From NCBI GenBank assembly GCA_045586685.1, contig JAZNAU010000009.1:22420-86419 (forward strand): DNA of 64,000 nucleotides. The letters are read 5' to 3'. The stretch's first letter is position 1; each line of letters starts with the position of its first letter. A program made the translations under genes and the position numbers. The DNA comes from Clostridia bacterium (GTDB lineage: Bacteria > Bacillota > Clostridia > HGM11514). Shown in pieces: positions 49,830 through 60,556 of this stretch. Below the pieces are notes generated by a model. The model had not been told where the DNA came from. It made no database searches and saw only the letters and a list, made by a program, of their open reading frames with translations.

Positions 49830-50678
49830 ATGAGAGAAGGAAGAAGAATCAAAAGCAGTATTCCAATGGATATGGTTTCGCCCTTCATCATGCCAACCCG
49901 TGTTGGGGCATCCAACATTTTTTCCGGAACAATAGAGATAGAAAACTGTGAAAAACTGATTCGTCAAAAAAGAGCCGAGGGCATGACCGGATTGGGAATG
50001 ATTCATTTGTTTATGACCGCATATGTACGGGTTGTTTCACAACATCCGGGGATCAATCGTTTTATTCGGGGGCAGAGATTATATGCAAGAAACGGAATTG
50101 AAATTTGCATGGCAATAAAAAAAGAAATGAAATTAAATGCACCGGAAACGGTCATCAAGCTGTATGCTTCCCCTGAAGATTCATTAACTTCTATCTATCA
50201 GCAATTAACGCAGGAAATTGCAGAAAACAAGCAATCCGGTGATCGAAATAACATGGATACTGTTGCAAGAATCCTTGTCAGTCTCCCTGGTATCTTTTTA
50301 AAATTTACTGTTTGGTTTTTAAAGCTTTTGGATTATTTTGGATTACTGCCCCGTTTTCTTACAAAGCTTAGTCCTTTTCATGGATCATTATTTATTACCA
50401 ATATAGGTTCTTTAGGGATGCAACCCATTTTTCATCATCTTTATAATTTTGGTAATTTACCTCTGTTTATTTCCATGGGAAAAAAACGGACAGAATACGT
50501 GCTAAACAAAGATGGAATTGCTGAAAAACGCCGTGTATTGGATTTCACATTTGTCTGCGATGAACGGATTTGTGACGGGCATTATTACGCCACTGCCTTC
50601 AAACAATTAAAAAGAATTTTAGAACATCCCGAGCAACTTCTCCTTTCTCCCGAATCTGTGGTTGAAGATATTCAATAA
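49830..50678 (+). CDS. 2-oxoacid dehydrogenase E2-like acyltransferase catalytic-domain protein (no lipoyl domain); catalytic His replaced by Glu
   Basis: 282 aa; C-terminal FVCDERICDGHYYATAFKQLKRILE aligns to the E2 active-site motif DHRxxDG..A..F; GAGGG RBS before ATG 49830. Confidence 0.6.
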   Translation: MREGRRIKSSIPMDMVSPFIMPTRVGASNIFSGTIEIENCEKLIRQKRAEGMTGLGMIHLFMTAYVRVVSQHPGINRFIRGQRLYARNGIEICMAIKKEMKLNAPETVIKLYASPEDSLTSIYQQLTQEIAENKQSGDRNNMDTVARILVSLPGIFLKFTVWFLKLLDYFGLLPRFLTKLSPFHGSLFITNIGSLGMQPIFHHLYNFGNLPLFISMGKKRTEYVLNKDGIAEKRRVLDFTFVCDERICDGHYYATAFKQLKRILEHPEQLLLSPESVVEDIQ

Positions 50679-50727
50679 ACTATCATGAACATCTCAAAAA
50701 AATAAGTGTTACGTATGAAAAGACACG

Positions 50728-50990
50728 AAACTTCTTCCTTATTCACAATTACTTATTACTTTTCAAAAATCCACAAGTCTTTTTAGGGAAACGTGAATAG
50801 CTCATAAAAAAAGAACACCTGACAGTGTTCTTTTTAGTTTTTCAAAGCAGAACAATATAGATACATAAAAAAACAAACTCGCAAAAGCAAGTTTGCACCT
50901 AACTTCTTCCTTATTCGCTATTACCTATTACTTTCCAAAAATAGACAAGGACGATTTTTAGGGAATAGTGAATAGTGAAGAGTGAATAGG
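50728..50990. repeat. two diverged tandem copies (period about 173 bp) of an about 75-90 bp element, each followed by a hairpin terminator
   Basis: copy A 50728-50800 and copy B 50901-50990 share aacttcttccttattc.c.attac.tattactttt/ccaaaaat..acaag...tttttagggaa..gtgaatag; the GTGAATAG motif is iterated 4 times in copy B. Confidence 0.7.
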
Positions 50991-50999
50991 TAAAAAGTA

Positions 51000-51034
51000 A
51001 AATCGACAAGACTCTGGCGAATCTTGTCGATTTT

Positions 51035-51035
<1 letters not shown>
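51000..51035. terminator. hairpin terminator abutting tRNA-fMet 3' end
   Basis: atcgacaaga-ctctggcga-atcttgtcgat + ttttt. Confidence 0.6.
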
Positions 51036-51111
<76 letters not shown>

Positions 51112-51191
51112 ATATTCAGTTGCTATTTTTCTGACAGCTATATTATTATAACACAAAAAAAGATGTTTGTAAACCCCTTTTTTAAAAAAAT

Positions 51192-51764
51192 TCAATTTAT
51201 TTTTTTTGATGCTTTGTCTGCATAAAGCATTTCATCCGCTTTTAAAAAAGCTTCTTGAAAGCCTTCTCTATTGTCAATCATAGAATATCCCTTTGAAAAC
51301 CGCAATTTTCCCTGTTCATTTTCACATTGACGAACCTCCAAAAGCTTATCGATAATTTCCTGTTCTGAAATATTTTCTGTAATTACAGCAAACTCATCTC
51401 CTCCGATTCGATACAAACTGTATCCTTTTCCAGAAAATATGTCTTCGAACATAAAAGCAATCATCTGCAATACTCTATCTCCCGTCATATGTCCATACGC
51501 ATCATTTATTTTTTTCAAATTATCAACATCAAACAAAATCAAACCATAATTTCCTTTTGCCTTCGTTTTCTCAATTTCTTTGATATGCAGGGTATAAGCG
51601 GTATAATTTTTTATTTTGGTCAAATTGTCAGTCATTGCCATATGATACCACTTCTTCACCTCCAATAATTGTATGTTTTCTTTACGCAATCTTTTTTCTC
51701 TATGTACCATAACAGACAAAGTTGCGATTGCAATCAGTGCCATTATAAATAACAAATCCTTCAT
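51192..51764 (-). CDS. membrane-anchored GGDEF domain protein (putative diguanylate cyclase)
   Basis: 190 aa; N-terminal transmembrane segment; RIGGDEF motif. Confidence 0.8.
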   Translation of the reverse strand: MKDLLFIMALIAIATLSVMVHREKRLRKENIQLLEVKKWYHMAMTDNLTKIKNYTAYTLHIKEIEKTKAKGNYGLILFDVDNLKKINDAYGHMTGDRVLQMIAFMFEDIFSGKGYSLYRIGGDEFAVITENISEQEIIDKLLEVRQCENEQGKLRFSKGYSMIDNREGFQEAFLKADEMLYADKASKKIN

Positions 51765-51880
51765 GTCGTTCCTCCTAATGTATAAATAAAAGTCTTCTTG
51801 TGTATATTATAGACGTTTTCTATCTAAAAGTCAATAGAAAGTTTGTGTCTATGGTAAATTAGATAGGGGTGATGGATCAT

Positions 51881-52102
51881 ATGAACTTAACAGTTGGTGA
51901 AAAAATTCGAAATTTGCGGGAAGAAAAGAATTTAACACAAGCCATGTTAGGAAAAGAACTGAATATGACACAAAGGAAAATTTCTTATATTGAGTTGGGA
52001 AAATACGAACCCGGCATAGACGATATCAAAGCAATTTGTGTCTTTTTCCAAATATCAGCTGATTATCTTTTAAGTTTACCAAGTAATCTTATTTATCCAT
52101 AA
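51881..52102 (+). CDS. XRE family HTH transcriptional regulator
   Basis: [41 protein letters not shown]; start could be 51869/51872 instead. Confidence 0.7.
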   Translation: MNLTVGEKIRNLREEKNLTQAMLGKELNMTQRKISYIELGKYEPGIDDIKAICVFFQISADYLLSLPSNLIYP

Positions 52103-52245
52103 TCATGTTGTTATTTCGGACACTGAACTCCTTCACAATGATTTTTAACAAGCTGAATCTCCAATTTTGCGGGGGTTCTTTTTTGGAATTTATTTCATTG
52201 ACAAAAACTTGTTTTTATTGTACAATAAAAACAGGAGTGAGAGCC

Positions 52246-52845
52246 ATGAATTTTTTTGCGGCACCTGTTGCCAGATTGATTGAAGAATTTGAAAAATTAC
52301 CCGGCATTGGCAGTAAAACTGCCCAACGGCTGGCTTATTATATGCTGAACATTCCCAAGGAATCTGCCCTGTCTTTTGCAGACGCCATTCAGGAGGCACG
52401 AGAGAAGGTGCATACCTGTGCTGTTTGCCAGGATTTGACCGAGCATGAAAAGTGTCGGATATGCCAAAACCCAAAACGGGACCAAGGTACAATTTGTGTG
52501 GTGGAATCTCCAAAAGATGTGATTGCAATGGAGAGAACGAGAGAATATACAGGGGTTTATCATGTGCTACATGGTGCACTGTCCCCTATGGACGGCATCG
52601 GTCCTTCTGACATTCGAATAAAAGAACTGGTCACCCGCCTCGGCACAACGGATGTGACAGAAATCATTCTTGCCACCAACTCCACCGTTGAAGGAGAGGC
52701 TACTGCCATGTATCTGGCAAAATTATTAAAGCCCTTTCAGGTGAAAATTACACGGATTGCCCACGGGATTCCCATGGGCGGTGATTTGGAATATACAGAT
52801 GAAATTACGTTGGCAAAAGCCCTGGAAGGACGGCGTGAATTATGA
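52246..52845 (+). CDS. recR: recombination protein RecR
   Basis: 199 aa from ATG 52246 (AGGAG RBS); [13 protein letters not shown] HhH, C4 zinc finger CxxCxxxxxxxxCxxC, Toprim domain; the ORF-track N-terminal extension lacks similarity. Confidence 0.9.
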   Translation: MNFFAAPVARLIEEFEKLPGIGSKTAQRLAYYMLNIPKESALSFADAIQEAREKVHTCAVCQDLTEHEKCRICQNPKRDQGTICVVESPKDVIAMERTREYTGVYHVLHGALSPMDGIGPSDIRIKELVTRLGTTDVTEIILATNSTVEGEATAMYLAKLLKPFQVKITRIAHGIPMGGDLEYTDEITLAKALEGRREL

Positions 52846-54377
52846 TTGTAACATTAAGTTCCTGCGGTTTGATGGGAATTGACGGATATGAAGTGATTGT
52901 AGAAGTGGATATTTCACGGGGTATCCCTTCCTTTGATGTAGTGGGACTGCCGGATGCGGCAGTAAAAGAGTCCCGCGAGCGTGTTCGTGCTGCCATTAAA
53001 AACGCTGGGTTAGAGCTTCCTTCCAGACGAATTACCGTCAACCTTGCTCCGGCAGATATAAAAAAAGAAGGGGCGGCATACGACCTGCCCATTGCCCTTG
53101 GAATCCTCCTTGCCAGCCAACAATTAACGGCTGAGCATCTGGAGGATTATGCTTTTGCGGGAGAACTATCCTTAAATGGCGATTTACGAGGAATTCACGG
53201 AGTCCTGTCTATGACAGACTGTGCAAGACGGCACGGAAAAAAATATATGGTCGTCCCCAAAGAAAATGCCTTTGAGGCAGCAGTAACAGAAGGAATTACA
53301 GTATTTGCACCGGACAATCTTGCCCAGCTCATGCTTCACTTGAACGGCACAAAGCCCTTGGAGCCTATGCTCTGCAACAATACAGAATATTTTCGTTCGG
53401 CACAGGAATCAGCATTGGACTTTGCTGATGTAAAGGGGCAAAAAATTGCCAAGTACGCATTAGAGGTTGCAGCAGCAGGCGGTCACAACTGTCTGATGAT
53501 CGGCCCTCCGGGATCGGGGAAAACCATGCTTGCCCAACGACTCCCTTCCATTTTACCCGATTTGACCTTGGAAGAAGCCCTGGAGGTAACCAAAATTCAT
53601 TCTGTGGCAGGGGAACTTCCCTACCACACCCCATTGATTACCGCCCGACCTTTTCGTCATCCCCACCATACATCCTCTGCTATTCGACTGGTAGGAGGAG
53701 GAACGGTGCCAAAACCGGGAGAAATCAGTCTGGCACATCATGGTGTTCTGTTCTTAGACGAATTTCCCGAATTTGAACATCGGGCAATCGAGGTGATGCG
53801 CCAACCCTTGGAGGACGGCTCGGTCACCATTTCAAGAGTGAACCAGTCGGTGACCTTTCCTTGTAACGCCATGCTCATTGCTTCCATGAATCCGTGCAAA
53901 TGCGGTCACTTTCAGGACCCCAGACAGGAGTGTACCTGCACGAGTGCACAGGTAAAAAAATACATGTCAAAAATCAGCGGTCCTATGCTGGACAGAATTG
54001 ATTTACATATTCGTGTTGCGGCAGTGCAATACGACGAGCTGCAGGAAAAGGAACAAGGAGAATCCTCAGCATCAATTCGGGAACGTGTGAATAAAGCACG
54101 TAGGATTCAGTTAGAGCGATATAAAAGCGACGGCATTTTCTCCAACTCTCAGCTGACTGCACCCATGATTACAAAATACTGTCCATTAGACCAACAGGGC
54201 TCTGTCCTTTTAAGCCAAGCATTTGATGCTTTGGGAATGAGTGCCAGAGGATACAGCAGAATTTTAAAGGTTGCCAGAACAGTTGCGGACTTACAGGGTT
54301 CTGAGCAAATCACTGCGGCTCATTTAAGTCAAGCGATTTCTTTTCGTTCCCTTGACCGTGAAATGACTCAATTTTAA
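52842..54377 (+). CDS. comM: YifB/ComM family Mg-chelatase-like AAA+ ATPase
   Basis: 511 aa; N-terminal Lon-like domain, Walker [10 protein letters not shown]-terminal ChlI-like domain. Confidence 0.85.
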   Translation: MIVTLSSCGLMGIDGYEVIVEVDISRGIPSFDVVGLPDAAVKESRERVRAAIKNAGLELPSRRITVNLAPADIKKEGAAYDLPIALGILLASQQLTAEHLEDYAFAGELSLNGDLRGIHGVLSMTDCARRHGKKYMVVPKENAFEAAVTEGITVFAPDNLAQLMLHLNGTKPLEPMLCNNTEYFRSAQESALDFADVKGQKIAKYALEVAAAGGHNCLMIGPPGSGKTMLAQRLPSILPDLTLEEALEVTKIHSVAGELPYHTPLITARPFRHPHHTSSAIRLVGGGTVPKPGEISLAHHGVLFLDEFPEFEHRAIEVMRQPLEDGSVTISRVNQSVTFPCNAMLIASMNPCKCGHFQDPRQECTCTSAQVKKYMSKISGPMLDRIDLHIRVAAVQYDELQEKEQGESSASIRERVNKARRIQLERYKSDGIFSNSQLTAPMITKYCPLDQQGSVLLSQAFDALGMSARGYSRILKVARTVADLQGSEQITAAHLSQAISFRSLDREMTQF

Positions 54378-54435
54378 AAACAAAACTTGTAATTCAAAAA
54401 GTTTGGAGTATACTAAAAAACAGAGGTGAACACTT

Positions 54436-56325
54436 ATGTTTCAATGGATCAGAATCGGCGCGTCAGTTCCTTCCATTGCTCTGGGAAATCCTGAGCAAAA
54501 CGCCGAAATCATCTGTCATCAGATAAAAACTACAAAAGACCTTGCTTTATTGGTGTTTCCTCAGCTTACGCTGACAGGGAACACCTGCAGTGACTTGTTT
54601 TTTCAAAGCACACTGCAATCCGAAACCCTACAGGCAATCAAGACCATTGCAAAAGCAACCAAAGGGTATGAAGGAATTGCTGTCATCGGTGCTCCTCTTG
54701 TGATGGATAACCGTCTGTTTAACTGCGGTATTGTCATAGCAAAAGGCAGGGTTTGGGGAATTGTTCCAAAAACCTATTTATCTCAAGCAGAATTCCGTTG
54801 GTTTGGTTCGGCTATGGAATTATCGAAAAGAGAGCTGTCCCCTAAGGAATTGGGACTTAGTCAGGACGAACCTGTTCCTGTGGGAAACGACCTGATATTT
54901 GATGCCCAAGCCTTTCGTTTTGGCGTGGAGATGGGCGAAGATTCCGTATCTCCCCTGTCGCCCGGAACCTTTCTTGCGTTAGAGGGAGCCGATGTGATTG
55001 TCAATCCCACTGCGATTCAATCAACGGTGGGAATGAAGCTGACGGCAAAAGAACTATCGGCAAAAAATTTGTGTGCATACGTGCAGGTATCCGCAGGAGC
55101 AGGAGAATCAACCACAGATTTCGTACTGTCCGGTTCCGGAGTAATTGCAGAACTGGGCAAAGCTCTGGCACAATCAGAAACGGCAGAGTTTCTTCTTTCG
55201 GATATTGACATTGAAAAAATTCGTTCCCAACGGCAGAAAAATGCCATTTTCCGTCAAGCGAAGGAAGGCAAAAAGCCATGTCGGATAATTGCTGTCCCTT
55301 GGGTAAACACCAGCGACGGCACCCTTTATCCTTTGAAAAAAACACCCTTTATTCCTGAAAATACCGAGATGAGACGAAACCGCTGTCTGGATATTTTTCA
55401 CATTCAAACAAAAGGACTGTGCAGACGGCTTCAAGTAACAGGAGGAAATATGGTCATCGGGGTTTCGGGAGGATTGGATTCCACCCTTGCCCTGCTTGTC
55501 TGTGCTTATTCTGCAAAACAGATGGGACAGTCTGCTAAAAGCGTCTGTGGAATTACCATGCCATGTTTCGGTACAACAGACCGCACTTATCAAAACGCCT
55601 TAACCTTGATGAACGCTTTAGGAGTCACTTCTATGGAAATTTCCATCAGTGACTCTGTGACACAACATTTTAAAGACATTGGCCATGACAGCGGGAGAAA
55701 AGACACCACCTATGAAAATTCTCAGGCACGGGAACGGACACAAGTACTTATGGATGTGTCCAACCGCCAAAACGCAATCGTTGTGGGAACGGGAGATTTA
55801 AGCGAGCTTGCCTTGGGATGGTGCACCTATAACGGGGATCACATGAGCATGTACGGCGTCAATGCCGACATTCCAAAAACCTTGATTTACTGGGTCATTG
55901 AAAGTATTATAAAAGCGAACATTTTCCCTGAGGCAAACGAAGTTCTTGCAGATATCTTAGACACTCCCATCAGTCCCGAACTCCTTCCTCCTCACGAGGA
56001 CGGAACCATTGCCCAGAAAACGGAAGATTTAGTAGGTCCCTATGAATTGCATGATTTTTACTTGTATTACATTCTGCGGTACGGCTTTTCCCCCAAGAAG
56101 ATTTACACCCTTGCCTGCCGTGCCTTTGGTGAGGAATACGATAAGGAAATGGTGCTTAAATGGCTGAAAACCTTCTACCGTCGGTTCTTTACTCAGCAGT
56201 TCAAACGAAGCTGTATGCCTGACGGTGTGAAGATTGGTTCTATCGGCCTTTCCCCCAGAGGGGACTGGCAAATGCCCAGCGACGCAAGTTTTGTTGCCTG
56301 GAGTAAGGAATTAAACGAACTTTAA
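54436..56325 (+). CDS. nadE: glutamine-dependent NAD+ synthetase (nitrilase-like domain + NAD synthetase domain)
   Basis: 629 aa; N-terminal CN-hydrolase domain; PP-loop SGGLDS. Confidence 0.85.
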   Translation: MFQWIRIGASVPSIALGNPEQNAEIICHQIKTTKDLALLVFPQLTLTGNTCSDLFFQSTLQSETLQAIKTIAKATKGYEGIAVIGAPLVMDNRLFNCGIVIAKGRVWGIVPKTYLSQAEFRWFGSAMELSKRELSPKELGLSQDEPVPVGNDLIFDAQAFRFGVEMGEDSVSPLSPGTFLALEGADVIVNPTAIQSTVGMKLTAKELSAKNLCAYVQVSAGAGESTTDFVLSGSGVIAELGKALAQSETAEFLLSDIDIEKIRSQRQKNAIFRQAKEGKKPCRIIAVPWVNTSDGTLYPLKKTPFIPENTEMRRNRCLDIFHIQTKGLCRRLQVTGGNMVIGVSGGLDSTLALLVCAYSAKQMGQSAKSVCGITMPCFGTTDRTYQNALTLMNALGVTSMEISISDSVTQHFKDIGHDSGRKDTTYENSQARERTQVLMDVSNRQNAIVVGTGDLSELALGWCTYNGDHMSMYGVNADIPKTLIYWVIESIIKANIFPEANEVLADILDTPISPELLPPHEDGTIAQKTEDLVGPYELHDFYLYYILRYGFSPKKIYTLACRAFGEEYDKEMVLKWLKTFYRRFFTQQFKRSCMPDGVKIGSIGLSPRGDWQMPSDASFVAWSKELNEL

Positions 56326-56469
56326 TCCTCCATACTTTTATTATATCATAAAAATATTGCCATGACTTGCAATGGAAAGAAAATGAGAAAGTGAAGGTTA
56401 TTGCACCTTTTCTTTCTCTCTTTTTTTGTTTTATTTTATATATTATATTTTTATTTTTATATAACCCAC

Positions 56470-56505
56470 ACTCTTACTCACACTTTTACTCATACTTTTA
56501 CTCAC
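56470..56505. repeat. three tandem 12-mers ACTnTTACTCAy, with an inverted copy GTGAGTAT about 30 bp downstream
   Basis: actcttactcac/acttttactcat/acttttactcac at 56470-56505; gtgagtat at 56536-56543. Confidence 0.7.
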
Positions 56506-56692
56506 AGTATCATTAACAAAAAAAGAAATTATTTTGTGAGTATGCCCTTTTTCTTCCTCACCTTTCTTAAAATTGCACAAGAAATGTCAATGAATTGAAT
56601 GAGCAACTGAAGTTATCCGTACTTTTTTAAATTTCCGGTTGAATTATGACAAAAATTGTGCTATACTATAAGGAAAGGAGAGAGACTATTTT

Positions 56693-58342
56693 ATGAAAAA
56701 GTGGCACTATCGGCAGTATAACAATAATCGGGCGAAAGAATTTGCCCGAGAAGAAGAGATTGATGAAGTTTTTGCCGCATTGCTGACCCAACGAGGGTTG
56801 GACGAACATAATAGGGTAAAGGAATTTGTCCGTCCTAATATGACTCATTTGCACGACCCCTTTTTGTTACCTGACATGAAAGAGGCAGTAAACAGAATAC
56901 TGCTGGCAAAAAAGCGTGGTGAACAGGTTACAGTATTTGGAGATTACGATGCAGATGGGCTGACTTCTACGGCGGTGGTGTACACTTGTTTACAATCCCT
57001 TGGAATGAAGGCAGACTGCTATATCCCCGACCGAATGAACGAAGGATACGGCTTGAATCGGGAGGCGTTGGAGGACATAAGGAACCGTGGAACAACCCTT
57101 GTCATAACAGTGGATTTAGGCGTTACCGCACTGGAGGAAACCCAAATTGAGGGGTTGGATTTTGTCATTACCGACCATCATCAGCCCTTGGAGGAGCTTC
57201 CCCATGTTTGCGCGGTGGTTGACCCGAAACGGGACGATTGCAAGTCCCCCTTTCGGGAATTAGCGGGAGTGGGAGTTGCTTTTAAGCTTGTGTGGGCGCT
57301 TCAATACGAAAGGCCGTTAGAAGAAATATTACGAGAAACCATTGATTTGGTGTGTCTTGGCACCATTGCAGATATTGTTCCCTTACGGGGAGAAAATAGA
57401 TTTTTTGCCAAATGCGGGTTGAAATATATTGAGCAGACCAAACGCCCGGGACTTCGTTCCCTTGTAACAAAAAGCGGTTATAAAACCGTGGATTCCACAG
57501 CGGTAGGTTTTGGGTTAGCCCCCAGAATTAACTCGGCAGGACGAATGGGAAATGCCCGCCTTGCATTAGAGCTTTTGTTAACCCGTGACGAGCAAAAAGG
57601 AGAGCAACTGGCAGAAGAACTTTGCAGACTCAATCTTCTCCGTCAAAAGACCGAGCAGGAAATTTTTGAACAGGCAGAAAAAAAGATTCAAGCCTCTGTT
57701 TTAAACTGCCCTGTTCTGGTGGTTTCGGGAGAAGGCTGGCATCAGGGCGTGATTGGCATTGTAGCATCTAAGCTGATGAATCAATATGATAAGCCTGTGG
57801 TACTACTAAGCATTGAGAACGGAATTGCTCACGGCTCCGCAAGAAGTGTGGAAGGATTTCCTATTTTTGACGCACTGTACGAATGTGAACATTATCTGTT
57901 GCGATTCGGCGGTCATGACAAGGCAGCGGGAATGACCTTAAAAGCAGAAGACATTTCTGGCTTTGCAGAAGAACTCAATCAAGTGGCAGAAGCGGTAACA
58001 ATGGGCGAAATCGGGGAAGGTCTGACGATAGATTTATGTTTGCCTCCCTCTAAAGTCACCTTGGAGCTTGCCCAAAAAATGTCCTTTTTTGAACCCTTTG
58101 GGGAGGGAAACCCCCAGCCTGTTTTTGTCATGGAAGATGTGGAGATAAAAAACTGTGTCCCCACCCGTGACGGCAAGCATCTTCGCCTGACCGCACAAAA
58201 GGACGGGCAAAGCTTTTCCTGTATCGGATTTGGAATGGGCAATTATTTGCCGGAGGAAAGAGCAGACATTGCTTTTTGTGTTACAGTGAATACATTCAGA
58301 GGGCAAACCTCATTGAATTTAATGATAAAGGATATTCATTAG
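56693..58342 (+). CDS. recJ: single-stranded-DNA-specific exonuclease RecJ
   Basis: 549 aa; DHH motifs (GDYDADG, DHH) and DHHA1 domain. Confidence 0.85.
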   Translation: MKKWHYRQYNNNRAKEFAREEEIDEVFAALLTQRGLDEHNRVKEFVRPNMTHLHDPFLLPDMKEAVNRILLAKKRGEQVTVFGDYDADGLTSTAVVYTCLQSLGMKADCYIPDRMNEGYGLNREALEDIRNRGTTLVITVDLGVTALEETQIEGLDFVITDHHQPLEELPHVCAVVDPKRDDCKSPFRELAGVGVAFKLVWALQYERPLEEILRETIDLVCLGTIADIVPLRGENRFFAKCGLKYIEQTKRPGLRSLVTKSGYKTVDSTAVGFGLAPRINSAGRMGNARLALELLLTRDEQKGEQLAEELCRLNLLRQKTEQEIFEQAEKKIQASVLNCPVLVVSGEGWHQGVIGIVASKLMNQYDKPVVLLSIENGIAHGSARSVEGFPIFDALYECEHYLLRFGGHDKAAGMTLKAEDISGFAEELNQVAEAVTMGEIGEGLTIDLCLPPSKVTLELAQKMSFFEPFGEGNPQPVFVMEDVEIKNCVPTRDGKHLRLTAQKDGQSFSCIGFGMGNYLPEERADIAFCVTVNTFRGQTSLNLMIKDIH

Positions 58343-58356
58343 GAAGTGGTAGACAG

Positions 58357-60540
58357 ATGGAACAAATGTATCAAAAATTAGAAAACATCATTATGGGCTA
58401 TAACCAGTCGGCGAACCTTTCAAGAGTGCAGAAAGCTTACAAGCTTGCGGAACAGCTGCACCATAATCAGGTGCGTCTTTCCGGCGAGCCTTATATTTTT
58501 CACCCTCTGTCAGTTGCCATGATTCTTGCCCAAATGGAAATGGATACAGATACCATTATTGCGGCACTCCTTCACGACACGGTGGAAGATACGGACTGCA
58601 CCTCTCAGGATTTGATACAGGAGTTCGGAGAACAGGTGGCAGAGTTGGTAGACGGAGTGACAAAGCTTAGTCGGATTCCCTATTCCTCTCAGGAGGAACA
58701 GCAGGTAGAAAACTTGCGTAAAATGTTTATGGCAATGGCAAGGGATATCCGCGTTATTCTTATTAAGCTTGCAGACCGACTTCACAACATGCGCACCTTA
58801 AAAAGCATGTCTGAGGAAAAACAAAGGCAGAAGGCTTTAGAAACCATGGAGGTGTTTGCCCCCCTGGCACATCGTCTTGGAATTTCTAAAATCAAATGGG
58901 AACTGGAAGATTTGTCTTTGCGTTACCTTGACCCCATTGCCTATCAGGAAATTATTCAGTCTATCAATCAAAAACGGCAAGAACGGGAAGAATACTTAGA
59001 TGAAATTAAAAATACCATTGGCAAAACTCTGTCCGAATCAGGGGTAAAATTTCATATAGAGGGCAGAGTGAAGCATTTTTACAGCATTTATAAAAAAATG
59101 TATTCTCAAAACAAAACCATTGATCAGATTTACGACTTATTTGCAGTGCGCGTCATTGTAGATTCGGTGGGAGATTGCTACAACGTTCTGGGCATGGTAC
59201 ATGAATTATACAAGCCCATGCCTGGGAGATTCAAAGATTATATTGCCATGCCAAAGCCCAATCTGTACCAGTCGTTGCATTCTACCGTAATCGGAACAAA
59301 GGGAACTCCTTTTGAAGTGCAGATTCGCACCTGGGAAATGCACCGCACCTCCGAATACGGGGTTGCCGCCCATTGGAAATATAAAGAGGGCAGAACGGCA
59401 ATGAACAATTTTGACGAAAAAATGAGTTGGATTCGTCAGTTGATGGAAATGCAGAAGGAAACGCCGGATGCAGAAGAATTTATGCGTTCCTTAAAAATTG
59501 ATTTATTTTCAGACGAGGTGTTTGTCTTTACGCCCAAGGGAGATGTGTTTAATCTTCCCTTAGGCTCAACCCCCATCGACTTTGCTTTTGCCATTCACTC
59601 TGCAGTCGGCAGTAAAATGTTGGGAGCCAAGGTCAGCGGAAAGATTGTGCCTTTGGATTATAAGCTTCAAAACGGAGATATTGTAGAGATCATTACCTCC
59701 TCGGGAGTCCATGGTCCCAGTCGGGATTGGTTAAAAATTGTAAAGACCTCACAGGCAAAATCAAAAATTAACCAGTGGTTTAAAAAGCAAAACCGTGACG
59801 AAGACATTGCCAAAGGGAAAGAGGCGGTGGAAAAAGAGCTGCGTCGTTTGGAGCTTTCCGAGGAAAAGGTGTTTGTAGAAGAAATTATCAGTTCCGTTTT
59901 ACGGAAATTCAGCTATAAAACGATGGATGATATTTATGCAAGCATTGGTTACGGGGGCATTCCTCTTTCCCGTGTCATCAACAGAATCCGTGATGAATAC
60001 GGAAAACGATACAGAGAAGAAACCCCTATTCCCGTGATTTCGGAAAAAACAGGGGCACAGAAAAAACCCGTTCCTTCCGGGGGCGTTTTGGTAAAAGGAA
60101 TTGACAACTGTCTGATTCGGTTTGCCCAGTGCTGTAATCCCATTCCCGGAGACGATATTATGGGATATATTACCCGTGGTCGTGGATTGTCCATCCACCG
60201 TAAGGACTGCGTGAATATTCAAAATGCTTTACTCAATCCAAATGAGGCAGGAAGGTTGCTGGATGCAACCTGGGCAGAGGTTCAAGAGGATTCTTACTGT
60301 GCAGGAATTGTATACACCTCTTATGACAGGGACGGAATTTTGTTAGAAATTGCCTCTATGATGACTCAGATGAAGGTGTCTGTCAAGGCATTAAATGCCA
60401 AGAGTAATGTGGATGATACCGCAACCATAGAGATGACGGTAGAGGTAGGCACCCGCTCCGAATTAGACTCCATTATGAAAAAACTGCGTAGTATGCCGGG
60501 AACCATTGATGTAAAACGGGCACTGGTGAAAAAGAAATAG
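58357..60540 (+). CDS. relA: bifunctional (p)ppGpp synthetase/hydrolase Rel (RelA/SpoT family)
   Basis: HD hydrolase domain (HD..ED), synthetase domain, TGS and ACT/RRM C-terminal domains; start chosen at MEQMYQ (58357) rather than the ORF-track 58276, which overlaps recJ. Confidence 0.85.
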   Translation: MEQMYQKLENIIMGYNQSANLSRVQKAYKLAEQLHHNQVRLSGEPYIFHPLSVAMILAQMEMDTDTIIAALLHDTVEDTDCTSQDLIQEFGEQVAELVDGVTKLSRIPYSSQEEQQVENLRKMFMAMARDIRVILIKLADRLHNMRTLKSMSEEKQRQKALETMEVFAPLAHRLGISKIKWELEDLSLRYLDPIAYQEIIQSINQKRQEREEYLDEIKNTIGKTLSESGVKFHIEGRVKHFYSIYKKMYSQNKTIDQIYDLFAVRVIVDSVGDCYNVLGMVHELYKPMPGRFKDYIAMPKPNLYQSLHSTVIGTKGTPFEVQIRTWEMHRTSEYGVAAHWKYKEGRTAMNNFDEKMSWIRQLMEMQKETPDAEEFMRSLKIDLFSDEVFVFTPKGDVFNLPLGSTPIDFAFAIHSAVGSKMLGAKVSGKIVPLDYKLQNGDIVEIITSSGVHGPSRDWLKIVKTSQAKSKINQWFKKQNRDEDIAKGKEAVEKELRRLELSEEKVFVEEIISSVLRKFSYKTMDDIYASIGYGGIPLSRVINRIRDEYGKRYREETPIPVISEKTGAQKKPVPSGGVLVKGIDNCLIRFAQCCNPIPGDDIMGYITRGRGLSIHRKDCVNIQNALLNPNEAGRLLDATWAEVQEDSYCAGIVYTSYDRDGILLEIASMMTQMKVSVKALNAKSNVDDTATIEMTVEVGTRSELDSIMKKLRSMPGTIDVKRALVKKK

Positions 60541-60556
60541 GATTTGGAGTGATACC

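Noticed and set aside
50690-51000. CRISPR array
   Set aside because: Only two long diverged tandem copies with no regular short repeat/spacer alternation and no cas genes in the window.
56401-56598. 65-aa ORF MHLFFLSFF...THTLTHTFTHTFTH
   Set aside because: Artefact of translating the 12-mer tandem repeats and AT-rich spacer; no RBS.
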